From a candidate division WOR-3 bacterium (GTDB taxonomy: Bacteria; Hydrothermota; Tepidihabitantia; Tepidihabitantales; Tepidihabitantaceae), in assembly GCA_037441285.1 (NCBI GenBank), contig JBBISL010000020.1, forward strand, positions 1-35,255: a DNA stretch of 35,255 bases. The letters run 5' to 3'. The stretch's first letter is position 1, and each line of letters opens with the position of its first letter. Made by a program: the position numbers and the translations under genes. Below are positions 1 through 9,993 of this stretch, in pieces. Below the pieces are notes generated by a model that saw nothing but the letters and a program-made list of their open reading frames with translations, had not been told where the DNA came from and searched no databases.

Positions 1-1154
1 TCTGCCAGTTCGTTGTTGTTGCGTGCAAGAAAATCTGCCCAGGTGAAGTCCACATCGCGATTCTCCGGTAGATTCACTGCCAAGGAGTACCTTAACGGGT
101 CGGCTCGATATCGCTTAAGATAATCGGGTAACCATATCGCCCAGTTCCGGGAAGTGGACAACTTTGCTCCTTCAAGATTGAGAAACTCGTTGGCGGGAAT
201 CTCCGCGGGTAGAATATAATCGCCGTGCGCCATCAACATTGCGGGCCAGACAATAGCATGGAAAACGATATTGTCTTTGCCAATAAAGTGAACCAGTTTC
301 GTCTTCGAATCCAACCAGTACTCCTGCCACTTATCTGGTTTCCCTGTATTTTTCGCCCACTCTTTTGTTGACGATATGTATCCAATCGGTGCATCAAACC
401 ATACATACATCACCTTATTCTTCGCCTCAGGCAGCGGTACCGGTACGCCCCAACTTAAATCCCGGGTAATAGGACGGTCTTGCAAACCGCGCTTAAACCA
501 TCCCTCGCAGAATCGTTTAACATTGGGCTTCCAGTGCTGTTTCGTTTCCAACCATGCTTTTAAACGGTCTTCAATTTTGGAAAGGGCAAAAAACCAGTGG
601 GTTGTCTCTTTAACTTCCGGTGTGGCGCCACAGGTCTTACACTTAGGTTCAACGAGTTCAAACGGCTCAAGCCATTTACCGCAGGCTTCACACTGGTCGC
701 CTCTTGCCCCGGCAGTACCACACGCCGGACAGACGCCTTCAACATAACGGTCGGCAAGAAACATCTGGCATCTGGGACAGTACAACTGCTTTGTTGTTTT
801 GGGGGCGATAAATCCGTTTCGGTAAACCTTGAGAAAGAAATCTTGCGCTGTTTCGTAATGGATGGGCAACGAGGTCCGGGAATAGTTGTCAAATTCAATG
901 CCGAACTCTTGGAACGACCGTTTGATTGAAGGGTGATACCGATCTACAAGTTCACGCGGTGAAATACCTGCCTGCTGTGCCGCAATTGTAATTGGAACAC
1001 CGTGCTCATCAGAACCACAGATAAAAACGATATCCGAACCTTTTAATCGGTGATATTTTACATAGATGTCTGCAGGAAGATAAGCACCAGCAAGATGTCC
1101 GAAATGAATCTCTCCGTTTGCGTAAGGCAATGCACTTGTCACCAGTATCTTCAC
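1..1154 (-). CDS. metG: Methionyl-tRNA synthetase (runs off the window's left edge; C-terminus missing)
   Basis: Absent from the ORF track; translated by hand from GTG at 1154: VKILVTSALPYANGEIHFGHLAGAYLPADIY...GSDEHG (HIGH motif), a Cys-rich zinc knuckle, GKDNIVFH, KLSTS (KMSKS equivalent), ...DFTWADFLARNNNELA at the edge. Confidence 0.97.
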   Translation of the reverse strand, partial: MKILVTSALPYANGEIHFGHLAGAYLPADIYVKYHRLKGSDIVFICGSDEHGVPITIAAQQAGISPRELVDRYHPSIKRSFQEFGIEFDNYSRTSLPIHYETAQDFFLKVYRNGFIAPKTTKQLYCPRCQMFLADRYVEGVCPACGTAGARGDQCEACGKWLEPFELVEPKCKTCGATPEVKETTHWFFALSKIEDRLKAWLETKQHWKPNVKRFCEGWFKRGLQDRPITRDLSWGVPVPLPEAKNKVMYVWFDAPIGYISSTKEWAKNTGKPDKWQEYWLDSKTKLVHFIGKDNIVFHAIVWPAMLMAHGDYILPAEIPANEFLNLEGAKLSTSRNWAIWLPDYLKRYRADPLRYSLAVNLPENRDVDFTWADFLARNNNELA

Positions 1155-1162
1155 AGCGTTAA

Positions 1163-1190
1163 AGAATAACTATTGCCTGAACAAAGTCAA
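1163..1190 (-). promoter_or_regulatory. sigma70-type promoter for metG (probably leaderless)
   Basis: Minus strand reads TTGACT-16 bp-TATTCT, then 8 nt to the GTG start; no Shine-Dalgarno. Confidence 0.7.
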
Positions 1191-1199
1191 GCGTTACGC

Positions 1200-1228
1200 T
1201 TTACAACTACCCCTTGAGCCGTTAAAAT
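1200..1228 (+). promoter_or_regulatory. sigma70-type promoter for hslV (probably leaderless)
   Basis: TTTACA-17 bp-TAAAAT, then 7 nt to ATG at 1236; no SD. Confidence 0.7.
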
Positions 1229-1235
1229 TACCCTA

Positions 1236-1775
1236 ATGGGAAATGGTGATTTTCGCCGCACGACGATAATCGGCGTGCGCCGCGATAACGTCGTCGCCAT
1301 GGCTTCTGACGGCCAGGTAACAATGGGAGATACCATTCTCAAACACGGCGCCCGGAAAATTCGTAAACTACACAACGGTCAGGTGCTGGTTGGTTTTGCA
1401 GGCGCCACCGCCGATGCCTTTACCTTGTTCGAACGTTTTGAGGCAAAATTAGATGAATTCTCGGGCAACCTGCCTCGTGCCGTAGTGGAACTGGCAAAAG
1501 ACTGGCGGACCGACCGAATCCTCCGCCGCCTTGAAGCACTACTGGGCATCATTGACCATCAGTTTTCCTTCATCGTGTCGGGTTCGGGTGATGTGATTGA
1601 ACCGGACGATGGCATTGTAGCCATCGGCTCCGGTGGCACCTATGCCCTGATTGCTGCCCGACTGTTACTTAAGCATACCCAATTACCCGCCGCTATAATC
1701 GCCCGGAGCGCAATTGAAGCGGCAGCGCAGGTCTGCGTTTACACAAACACGGAAATTTTCGTCGAAACAATTTAA
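1236..1775 (+). CDS. hslV: ATP-dependent protease peptidase subunit HslV (ClpQ)
   Basis: TTIIGVRR with catalytic Thr after an 8-aa leader; [36 protein letters not shown] and AIGSGG motifs. Confidence 0.97.
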   Translation: MGNGDFRRTTIIGVRRDNVVAMASDGQVTMGDTILKHGARKIRKLHNGQVLVGFAGATADAFTLFERFEAKLDEFSGNLPRAVVELAKDWRTDRILRRLEALLGIIDHQFSFIVSGSGDVIEPDDGIVAIGSGGTYALIAARLLLKHTQLPAAIIARSAIEAAAQVCVYTNTEIFVETI

Positions 1776-2494
1776 CTCAAACCCAGCACATCATTGACTG
1801 AATAAAACCCGGGCGTTTTACTAATTATCCAGCGAATCCCGAGGACAACACCCCATCCAAACGCGACACGACTCTCAGCCCTGTGAATCAACTCGATATG
1901 TTCGCCCGGCCCAGCAAATAGCACCCGATGCACCCCAACAATATCACCAGCCCGAATACTGCTGACCCCGACTAACTTATTTTCCTGTTGTTTTTTTATC
2001 ATCTCTATAAGCATTTTAGCCGTGCCTGATGGTGCGTCTTTTTTCTTCGTATGATGAGCTTCCACAATATGGACATCCCAATCTCTCCCGAGTAACCGAG
2101 CAGCTTCTTCAACCAACTTCGCCAAAACCGCTACACCGGTTGAAAAGTTCGGCGCATACAGTATTGGTATTTCCTCCCCGGCATCTTTCAGCGCCTCAAT
2201 CTCCTCTGTCTGAAAACCGGTAACACCGGTAACCAGCGGTTTTCCCGTCCGACCGCAAACCTGAACATTCCTCAGCACCGAATTAGGAGTCGAAAAGTCT
2301 ACTACCACATCGCATTTATCAACTACCTGTCTGAGCTCGGTAACTATCAATCCACTACCAACCGGTGTCCCAACCAGCGGATGTCCCATCGCCTCAACCC
2401 CAGCAACAACTTCCATATCCGACTGCCCGCTGATAAGACGAACAATTTCGCTTCCCATCCGACCACAAACGCCCACCACCACAACCTTTATCAT
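1772..2494 (-). CDS. dapB: 4-hydroxy-tetrahydrodipicolinate reductase
   Basis: GVCGRMG Rossmann start, [41 protein letters not shown]. Confidence 0.96.
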   Translation of the reverse strand: MIKVVVVGVCGRMGSEIVRLISGQSDMEVVAGVEAMGHPLVGTPVGSGLIVTELRQVVDKCDVVVDFSTPNSVLRNVQVCGRTGKPLVTGVTGFQTEEIEALKDAGEEIPILYAPNFSTGVAVLAKLVEEAARLLGRDWDVHIVEAHHTKKKDAPSGTAKMLIEMIKKQQENKLVGVSSIRAGDIVGVHRVLFAGPGEHIELIHRAESRVAFGWGVVLGIRWIISKTPGFYSVNDVLGLS

Positions 2495-3379
2495 TTATCT
2501 CCTTGCCATCAATCCATATTCGGCAAGCGCCCGATGTAAAATCAACTCGCCCTCCTTACTCAATGAACAGAGTGGCAACCTCGGCTCACCAGCAGCCATT
2601 CCGAGAAAGTTCATCGCCGCCTTAACCGGTATCGGATTGGTTTCCACAAACAGCGCCTTTATTAAAGGAAACAGCTTCAGATGTTTCTGCCGTGCCGCAT
2701 CAACCTTCCCCCCGAGATAATCACGAACCATCTGTTCAACATCTCCGGGCACAATATTGGAGACTACCGAAATCACCCCTTTACCACCCACTGCGAGAAT
2801 CGGCAAAGTCAACGAATCATCTCCGGAGAGCACCTCGATTCTTTCCCGGCACCTAACAATTATCTCACTGGACTGGTCAATACTACCCGATGCCTCCTTT
2901 ACCGCTACAATGTTCGGACAATCCTTTGCCAGCCTTTCAACTGTCGCCGGCAGAACATTCACGACACTTCGGGGTGGAATGTTGTAAATTATCACTGGCA
3001 GTTTTGTTGCCTCAGCACAGGCACGGAAATGGCGGTAAAGCCCCTCCTGGGTAGGTTTGTTGTAGTACGGAGCAACAATCAGGACACCATCAACCCCCAG
3101 CTCCTCAGCCTTTTTAACCTGCTTTATTGATTTTTGGGTACTGTTTGTCCCGGCGCCGGCAAGCACCTTTATCTTTCCCTTCACTTCCGAAACGGCAATT
3201 CCTATCACCTCCGCCCACTCCTCTTCAGTAAGATTTGGTGCCTCACCGGTAGAACCACACACCAGTATACCACTGACCCCGGCTGCCAGTTGAAATCTGA
3301 TATTTGCCTTTAAACCTTCGGCATCCAGGACGCCGTCTTTAAACGGCGTAATCAAAGCGGTTATACAACCAGAAAACAT
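2495..3379 (-). CDS. dapA: 4-hydroxy-tetrahydrodipicolinate synthase
   Basis: TALITPF, GSTGE, PYYNKP, YNIP, Schiff-base KEASG, SGDD, ETNPIPVK; GGAGGT SD; adjacent to dapB. Confidence 0.96.
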   Translation of the reverse strand: MFSGCITALITPFKDGVLDAEGLKANIRFQLAAGVSGILVCGSTGEAPNLTEEEWAEVIGIAVSEVKGKIKVLAGAGTNSTQKSIKQVKKAEELGVDGVLIVAPYYNKPTQEGLYRHFRACAEATKLPVIIYNIPPRSVVNVLPATVERLAKDCPNIVAVKEASGSIDQSSEIIVRCRERIEVLSGDDSLTLPILAVGGKGVISVVSNIVPGDVEQMVRDYLGGKVDAARQKHLKLFPLIKALFVETNPIPVKAAMNFLGMAAGEPRLPLCSLSKEGELILHRALAEYGLMARR

Positions 3380-3397
3380 TCAACACCTCCAGAATTT

Positions 3398-5272
3398 TTA
3401 AAGCGGCGGGGCAATTGAACTACTATCCCCCTCAGCGGCAACGCCCAGAATCCGGTCAACATCCGTGCCGGTTAAAACCTCTTTCTCAAGCAGCGCCTTT
3501 GCCAGTGCCTCAAGCTTCTCACGGTTTTCATTCACCAGCCGAAACGCCTTTTCTGCCTGACTGTCGACAAATCGCTTGATTTCCGAGTCGATCAACTGAG
3601 CCGTCTCCTCCGAAAAAGTCCGGTGCAAACCCAGCTCCCGGCCGAGAAAAATCTCCTCTTCCCCTTTACCAAAAGTCAGAGGACCGAGTTTCTCACTCAT
3701 TCCCCATTCGGTAACCATCCTCCGGGCAAGCATCGTTGCCCGGTCAATATCGTCCCGGGAACCGGTTGAGATATCGCCAAAAACAATCATCTCGGCGGCG
3801 CGGCCACCGAGCATAATCGCCAGTTGATTAAGACAGTACTCCCGGGAGTAAATCCGCTTGTCGTCAAGTGGTAACTGCTGCGTAACACCAAGCGCCCTAC
3901 CCCGGGGAATAATCGTTACCTTATGTATCGGGTCGGTACCTGGAATCAACCTTGACACCAGAGCATGCCCTGACTCGTGATAGGCAATCCATCTTCGCTC
4001 CTGCTCGCTGATCAGCAAACTTCTCCGTTCCACCCCCATCAAAACCTTATCTTTTGCGTCTTCGAAATCTTGCATTATCACCGCAGAGCGACCCCGGCGT
4101 GCTACCAGAAGTGCCGCTTCATTAACCATATTTGCTAAATCGGCACCGGAAAAGCCCGGCGTCCCCCGGGCTAAAACCTTAATATCAACATCCGGGGCAA
4201 TCGCAATCTTCCGGATATGCACCTGTAAAATCCCCTCTCGGCCGACAACATCGGGCAAGTCAACAACAATCCGGCGGTCAAACCTTCCGGGCCGTAACAG
4301 TGCCGGGTCGAGAATATCAGGGCGGTTCGTCGCCGCCATTATGATAACCCCATCCGCCGCCTCAAATCCATCCATCTCAACCAGTAACTGATTTAAAGTC
4401 TGCTCCCGCTCATCATGCCCGCCGCCTAACCCCGCACCCCGCTGTCTGCCAACCGCATCAATCTCATCAATAAAGATAATACAGGGAGCATTTCGTTTAC
4501 CCTGTTCAAACAGGTCCCGTACCCGTGCCGCGCCGACCCCCACAAACATCTCAACAAAATCGGAACCGGAGATGGAAAGAAATGGTACCCCGGCTTCACC
4601 CGCCACCGCTTTGGCAAGCAGTGTCTTACCGGTACCGGTAGGTCCCACCAACAGTACCCCCTTAGGAATTCTGCCACCCAGCCGTTGAAACTTCTGGGGC
4701 GATTTCAGAAAGGCGATTACCTCCTGTAACTCCTCTTTTGCTTCTTCAACGCCGGCAACATCCTGAAATGTAACCTGGGGTCGGTCAGAAGTAACCAACC
4801 GTGCCCGGGAACGGCCAAAAGTAAAAGCCCGGTCCTGACCCGATGTCATTCGCCGCATAAAAAGCACCCAGATGCCAATCACCAGCACCCAGGGCAAAAT
4901 TGAAATAAGAATCGTAGGCCACTGGGAGCGTTCCCGGGCATCAATATAAACATCGCTCTTCAGAAGTCGGGAAATGAGTTCCGGGTCATTCTTCGGAACG
5001 GTGGTTCGAAACTCGGTGAAACTCCTTTTACCCTTATCGGTTCCGAGCTCAATCGGCGCGCGCAGCGTTCCGGAAATGTCCTGCTCCGTCAGTACCACAC
5101 GCACCACATTCTTCGCCTCAACCTGCTTGATAAACTCGGTATAAGTTATCCGCGCGGCACCAGCCTGACGCTGAGAAAAAATTGTCCAGACCAACCAGGC
5201 GGCAACAAAAATGAAAATCCAGACAACAATTGAACCTATCGCCTTACTCGCTGACGGCTTAATCGGCATCAA
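3398..5272 (-). CDS. ftsH: ATP-dependent zinc metalloprotease FtsH
   Basis: Two N-terminal TM helices, Walker A GPTGTGKT, Walker [31 protein letters not shown], zinc motif HESGH. Confidence 0.98.
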   Translation of the reverse strand: MMPIKPSASKAIGSIVVWIFIFVAAWLVWTIFSQRQAGAARITYTEFIKQVEAKNVVRVVLTEQDISGTLRAPIELGTDKGKRSFTEFRTTVPKNDPELISRLLKSDVYIDARERSQWPTILISILPWVLVIGIWVLFMRRMTSGQDRAFTFGRSRARLVTSDRPQVTFQDVAGVEEAKEELQEVIAFLKSPQKFQRLGGRIPKGVLLVGPTGTGKTLLAKAVAGEAGVPFLSISGSDFVEMFVGVGAARVRDLFEQGKRNAPCIIFIDEIDAVGRQRGAGLGGGHDEREQTLNQLLVEMDGFEAADGVIIMAATNRPDILDPALLRPGRFDRRIVVDLPDVVGREGILQVHIRKIAIAPDVDIKVLARGTPGFSGADLANMVNEAALLVARRGRSAVIMQDFEDAKDKVLMGVERRSLLISEQERRWIAYHESGHALVSRLIPGTDPIHKVTIIPRGRALGVTQQLPLDDKRIYSREYCLNQLAIMLGGRAAEMIVFGDISTGSRDDIDRATMLARRMVTEWGMSEKLGPLTFGKGEEEIFLGRELGLHRTFSEETAQLIDSEIKRFVDSQAEKAFRLVNENREKLEALAKALLEKEVLTGTDVDRILGVAAEGDSSSIAPPL

Positions 5273-6245
5273 GAATCCTTTGCCGGAACACCGGCACTTT
5301 TAAAACACCTCTCCTGATTTCAACTTCAATACCACCCGGCAGTAGATATTCTCCCCCCTTACCCCGCTCCATTAAAAAAATCAACCGGTCGGTGGCATCG
5401 GCATCAATCTGAGGAAGTAAAACTTTTACCATTCGCCGCTTCAAAACAGTATTATAACTATTAAACTCATTAATGTCAATCAACACTTGCCTTAGCTCCG
5501 AGTGAGCGATTTTCTCCAGCACCCGGGTCGCAAGAAAGTCAAGAAAACTATCTTCAACGCCAATAATTGCCGCACTCCGGGCAACGGTATCTGCCAATGC
5601 TGGATTCAATCGCTTCAAAACCGGTACAACTTCCTGCCGGATAAGGTTCCGGCGAAATTTTACATCTTCATTGGTCTCATCCTCAACCCAGTCTATCGCT
5701 CGCGCCCGCAGGTAATCGCGAATCGCATCGCGCCGGATTTTTAGCAGCGGCCGGATAAAAATATCCCTTCGTATTGGAATCCCGGACAGCCCCCGCAAAC
5801 CAGCCCCACGAATCAAATTGAGGATTATCGTTTCAAGATTGTCATCGGCATTATGCCCCAGCGCCACCCGGTTACAACGCAGCCTTTTTGCTATCCGGTA
5901 ATAATTTTTGTACCGCAACTGCCTTGCCGCATCCTCCACACCCAGCTTGTTACGCCGTGCATAAGCCGGCACATTAACCCGCACCACAGTTAACGGTATG
6001 CCCCATAAATCCAAAAGTTGTTTAACAAACTGCTCATCCCGCACCGCATTCCGCCGCAATTGATGGTTGATATGGATTCCGAAAAGTTCAAACCGCCACT
6101 TCTTCGCCACCACCCGGAAAAGGTCAAGAAGACAAACTGAATCCGCTCCGCCGGAAATTCCAATTAGTATCCTATCTCCCGGCGTAACCAAACGATTCTC
6201 CTCAATTGCGTCAAGAAACTGATGGAATACCGAAACTCTTTTCAC
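5259..6245 (-). CDS. tilS: tRNA(Ile)-lysidine synthetase (short form)
   Basis: PP-loop SGGADS, HINHQLR, EDAARQLRY, GHNADDNLET, RPLL, DETN, RRNLIR; usual position upstream of ftsH. Confidence 0.95.
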   Translation of the reverse strand: MKRVSVFHQFLDAIEENRLVTPGDRILIGISGGADSVCLLDLFRVVAKKWRFELFGIHINHQLRRNAVRDEQFVKQLLDLWGIPLTVVRVNVPAYARRNKLGVEDAARQLRYKNYYRIAKRLRCNRVALGHNADDNLETIILNLIRGAGLRGLSGIPIRRDIFIRPLLKIRRDAIRDYLRARAIDWVEDETNEDVKFRRNLIRQEVVPVLKRLNPALADTVARSAAIIGVEDSFLDFLATRVLEKIAHSELRQVLIDINEFNSYNTVLKRRMVKVLLPQIDADATDRLIFLMERGKGGEYLLPGGIEVEIRRGVLKVPVFRQRILDAD

Positions 6246-6251
6246 TAAAAG

Positions 6252-6280
6252 ATATTATTTGCTGGCACCCATTCCGTCAA
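6252..6280 (-). promoter_or_regulatory. sigma70-type promoter for tilS-ftsH-dapA-dapB (probably leaderless)
   Basis: Minus strand reads TTGACG-17 bp-TAATAT, then 6 nt to GTG at 6245; no SD. Confidence 0.7.
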
Positions 6281-6318
6281 TAAAATGGCAACCTTATACT
6301 ATTCTCGATTGGGAGTGC

Positions 6319-6349
6319 AAAACCCTCTTTGTAGGAAAAGAGAAGTTTT
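6319..6349 (-). terminator. Candidate terminator hairpin after the flavoprotein gene
   Basis: Minus strand AAAACTTCTCTTT-TCCTAC-AAAGAGGGTTTT directly after the stop codon; AT-rich stem with a short U run. Confidence 0.4.
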
Positions 6350-7484
6350 ACTTCATCGCTTCGGCTTTACTCCACTCCCGGTCAAGCCGAAACTCCGAAA
6401 GGTCAATTGATGATTCTCCAGCGGTAATCAGTTCTGCCATCAACTCACCCAGTGCCGGACCAAACATAAACCCGTGCCCGCTCATCCCGGCTGACACATA
6501 AAAGCCTTCTACCGGTGTCCTCCCACAGATTGGATTACCATCCGGACTCATCTCATAAGAACCAGCCCAATGCCGCAGCACTTTCACCGAAGCGAGTTTG
6601 GGAAGAAGCCGGACCATCCGCCGCGGCATTTCGGTGATGAACTCATCCGAGGCATCTACGCTGTCTCCCGGAACAATCGGCACCGGGGTATAACAACCAA
6701 TAAAGTGACCGGTTCCGGAGTGCTGAACAAAGTAACACCCATCCGGACGGTAATCAACCAGCATTGGCTCTAAACACCGTTCAACCGCCTCAGTAACCAG
6801 CGCCTCATGCCGGTCCGGTTTCACCGGAATCTCAAGCCCGACAAGTTTGCCAATCTCACCCGCCCATGGACCAGCCGCGTTCAACACAATGGGAGAGAAA
6901 AACTGGTCTCCATTCGCCGTTTCCACCGAAACAACCCGCGTACCGGAAAGATTGACCTTCTTCACATCGGCATTAACGAAAACCTTGCCATTAAGGCGTT
7001 TGACCCCTTCAAGATAGCCATAGGTAACCTTAAATGGATTTGCCTGTCCATCCGTTGGACACCAGGCACCGCCCAATAACCCCTCAGTGTTCAATCCGGG
7101 CACGATTCGACCACACTCATCAGCTGAAATGAAATCGACTTTAAGCCCATATCTTCTTTGTATTTCAATGGCTTGCTCAAATGATTTCTTACGGGCTTCG
7201 TCGAAGGCAAGGAACAGATACCCACCCGCATACCACTCAACATCGGTCCGCAGCTCCTCACTCAGTTCTTGAAACATCTTAATACTCTTAAGCATCACGC
7301 GGATCGTCAAATCGTGGGTAAACTGTGCCCTGATACCTCCAATACACCGGCCCGTAGAACCGGCACAGGGAAATCGACGTTCAAGAATAAAAACTTTTAA
7401 CCCCCGTTTTGCAAGGTAATAACCGGTGGCGGCACCGATAATCCCACCGCCAATTACAATCGCATCAGCGTTCTTTTTGCTCAT
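6348..7484 (-). CDS. FAD-dependent oxidoreductase, DAO family (sarcosine oxidase beta / dye-linked proline dehydrogenase beta-like)
   Basis: GGGIIG dinucleotide fold, GSTGRCIGGIRAQF, WAGSYEMSPDGNP, GMSGHGFMFGP. ATG at 7484 preferred over the track's 7499 start. Confidence 0.88.
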   Translation of the reverse strand: MSKKNADAIVIGGGIIGAATGYYLAKRGLKVFILERRFPCAGSTGRCIGGIRAQFTHDLTIRVMLKSIKMFQELSEELRTDVEWYAGGYLFLAFDEARKKSFEQAIEIQRRYGLKVDFISADECGRIVPGLNTEGLLGGAWCPTDGQANPFKVTYGYLEGVKRLNGKVFVNADVKKVNLSGTRVVSVETANGDQFFSPIVLNAAGPWAGEIGKLVGLEIPVKPDRHEALVTEAVERCLEPMLVDYRPDGCYFVQHSGTGHFIGCYTPVPIVPGDSVDASDEFITEMPRRMVRLLPKLASVKVLRHWAGSYEMSPDGNPICGRTPVEGFYVSAGMSGHGFMFGPALGELMAELITAGESSIDLSEFRLDREWSKAEAMK

Positions 7485-7791
7485 TTCGGTATGAACCAAG
7501 TTGACCTAATGGAATTGGTTTCAAGGGCGGGCGCGAACTGGGAAACTTCTGAAGAGCAATTGGAATTCCGGTCTCCTCTTCAATCAAGCGGGCAATAACC
7601 TTTAAACACCCCCTGCCGCCGCAATGACCCATCCCGGTTCGTAAAATCCTCTTTATCTCCTCCAGTGAATGATACCCATTACGAATCACCGCTCGAACCT
7701 CATCTTCTGTAACCTCCTCACATCGACAGACAACCCTGAAACCGGACCGTATTTTCGAAATTTTCTTAACGGACTTCATTTTGGCTTTCAT
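7465..7791 (-). CDS. BFD-like [2Fe-2S]-binding protein (SoxA/PdhA C-terminal-like)
   Basis: VCRCEEV...RTGMGHCGGRGC...SRPPLKPIPLGQL; start overlaps the sppA stop (ATGA). Confidence 0.9.
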   Translation of the reverse strand: MKAKMKSVKKISKIRSGFRVVCRCEEVTEDEVRAVIRNGYHSLEEIKRILRTGMGHCGGRGCLKVIARLIEEETGIPIALQKFPSSRPPLKPIPLGQLGSYRNEQKER

Positions 7792-9989
7792 CGTCTTATA
7801 TAATCAAACAACAACTCGCTAAACCTCTCTTCTAAAAATGAACCCAGCCCTAACTTCTTTTTCGGATAGAACTCCAGACGGTAATCCGTACCCAGATTGG
7901 CCTTTTCGCGGCAGAACTCTATCGCCTGCATCAGACCACCCAGTGAATCCACCAAGCCAAACCTCTTTGCCTCTCCTGCCAGCCAGACCCTGCCCTGAGC
8001 AACCGAATCAACCTCTTCAATCGTCAAACCCCTGCCTTTTGCCACCTTGCTGATAAACTGTTGATAAAACCAGTCAATCTGACTCTGCAAAATTGAATCC
8101 TCCTCAGGCGTTGCCTCGCGGAAATCAGAAAGCAGGTCCGCATGTTCCCCCCTCTTAACCGTCTGCCTTCTGATACCAAGTTTGTTGTATAAACCTTCGG
8201 TTATCAACCGAAGATTGAACACACCGATTGAACCGGTTATTGACCCGGGAAGGGCAAAAATCTTATCCGCATTGCAGGAGATGTAGTACCCACCAGACGC
8301 CGCCAGCGTTCCCATCGAAACCACTACCGGTTTTTTCTTCTTAACAAGCTCCAGTTCCCGCCAGATTAAATCCGAAGCAAACCCATCGCCTCCGGGCGAA
8401 TCAACCCGGAGAACAATCCCCTTCACCCTCTTATCCTTTCCCGCCTGTTTAATCGCCCGAGAGAGCGTTGTCGAACCAGCCCTCTGTTCACCGGTTAAGA
8501 AATCTGTGCCTGATTCACCCTGGACAATACTTCCGGTAACGTATATCACCGCAATCCGTGCCGGCTCATCCCAGCGGTCCGAAACTACTTCTGCCCGTTG
8601 CAAACCCTTCTCGTCAATCTTCTGCCCACCTTTGAACTCCACCCGGATCAGTGAATCCAGTTCATCCTCATAACACAGGGTGTCAACCAATCCGACCGCC
8701 TTTGCCTCATCGGCACGGAAAAGCGCCCGCCCTACCAAACTCTCCATCGTTGTGGTATTTAGATTTCTGCCCGTACTTACCGTTTGGATAAAGTCCTCGT
8801 AAATTCCATCAACCAGCGCCTGCAACTGCTCCCGATTGGAGATTGAAAGCGTCTCCTCGGTGAACATCTCAACCGCACTCTTATACTTACCATAGCGATA
8901 GGTCTCGGTCTTGATTCCCAACTTGTCCAGGGCTCCTTTGACAAACTGCGCTTGAACGGAAACCCCGGGTATCACCACATCACCCATCGGATGAACAATC
9001 ACCTTATCAGCGCCCGAAGCAAGGTAATAGCCAATCATCCCCAGCGAGGGAGCATAAACCCAGACTTTTTTACCTTCAGCCTGAAATTCATCTAACGCCT
9101 GACGCAACTCCTGAGCCTGGGCAAAACTGATATTTTCGTTCTCCAGCCTCAAAAAAATTCCGGTGAGGGCACGGTCCTTTTTTGCCCGCTGCAGCGACTC
9201 AAGCAACGAATAGGTGGTCCGAACCTTTGTTTGACCCATTAAACTGAAACCCGGCTTCTGGTCAACAACCGGTTCGCTCAACCGCAACTCAAGAAAGCGT
9301 TTTTTGGGGGGTAAAATTGACCTGTACAAATCCTGGCTGATGCGCACCTGACCGGCAACTCGCCGCGGTTTCGGGGAACCCAAAACACCAACACCCAATC
9401 TGCCCAGACTTACCGTTAACCCGGCAACGAACGCAAAATCGTCCCCTTTTCCCAATTTCGCCCTGCCCCCAAACTTCAAACCAGAAACAGGTTCAACTTC
9501 AAGCCCGGCAAAAGGCTGAAACGGATTAAAATAAGTTTCGCTAAAAACCGTGAGCCGCGAACCAAAAGGGCGAAACGCCACACCCGCGCCGACCCTGCCA
9601 CCCTGGCGGTTCAAACCCTGCCACACTCCACCCAGCGACACCCATCTACCAAGTCGTACCATTGCCCCAATATCCCAGTGGGTAATTGAATCCCGTACGA
9701 ACCGTAACCCGGCAAACAGATTTTCCTGTTTCGCGCCCAAAGCCAGACCATAACGCAGCGGTTCCGGCTCAAGGAAAAAGCCCAGAGGACCGGCGCGCAG
9801 GGCAAAACTGTTGTTGGACAAAAAAGCCCCGGGTTGAAAGTCGTAAAGATAGTAAAACTCAAACCCCCGCTCGGTTCCTAAACCAGCCGGATTGGCAAAA
9901 ATCGCTAACCCATCGTCGGTATGAGCAATACTCAGTGGCATCTGCGGTGTAACCGTTAGAATCCAGGTAAGAAATATCATTCCCACCAT
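7788..9989 (-). CDS. sppA: Signal peptide peptidase SppA (67K tandem S49 type) with an extra N-terminal beta-rich domain
   Basis: GKYKSA (catalytic Lys), LRVDSPGG, AASGGYY (catalytic Ser), TGSIGV, AQGRVW; about 220 extra N-terminal residues. Confidence 0.93.
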   Translation of the reverse strand: MVGMIFLTWILTVTPQMPLSIAHTDDGLAIFANPAGLGTERGFEFYYLYDFQPGAFLSNNSFALRAGPLGFFLEPEPLRYGLALGAKQENLFAGLRFVRDSITHWDIGAMVRLGRWVSLGGVWQGLNRQGGRVGAGVAFRPFGSRLTVFSETYFNPFQPFAGLEVEPVSGLKFGGRAKLGKGDDFAFVAGLTVSLGRLGVGVLGSPKPRRVAGQVRISQDLYRSILPPKKRFLELRLSEPVVDQKPGFSLMGQTKVRTTYSLLESLQRAKKDRALTGIFLRLENENISFAQAQELRQALDEFQAEGKKVWVYAPSLGMIGYYLASGADKVIVHPMGDVVIPGVSVQAQFVKGALDKLGIKTETYRYGKYKSAVEMFTEETLSISNREQLQALVDGIYEDFIQTVSTGRNLNTTTMESLVGRALFRADEAKAVGLVDTLCYEDELDSLIRVEFKGGQKIDEKGLQRAEVVSDRWDEPARIAVIYVTGSIVQGESGTDFLTGEQRAGSTTLSRAIKQAGKDKRVKGIVLRVDSPGGDGFASDLIWRELELVKKKKPVVVSMGTLAASGGYYISCNADKIFALPGSITGSIGVFNLRLITEGLYNKLGIRRQTVKRGEHADLLSDFREATPEEDSILQSQIDWFYQQFISKVAKGRGLTIEEVDSVAQGRVWLAGEAKRFGLVDSLGGLMQAIEFCREKANLGTDYRLEFYPKKKLGLGSFLEERFSELLFDYIRR

Positions 9990-9993
9990 AAGG

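Noticed and set aside
376..929. ORFs 376-747, 560-898 and 597-929 from the track
   Set aside because: Shadow frames of metG, which the track omitted because its stop lies outside the window.
4620..4660. FtsH Walker A variant GPTGTGKT
   Set aside because: Still fits GxxGxGKT and all other motifs are intact; probably neutral.
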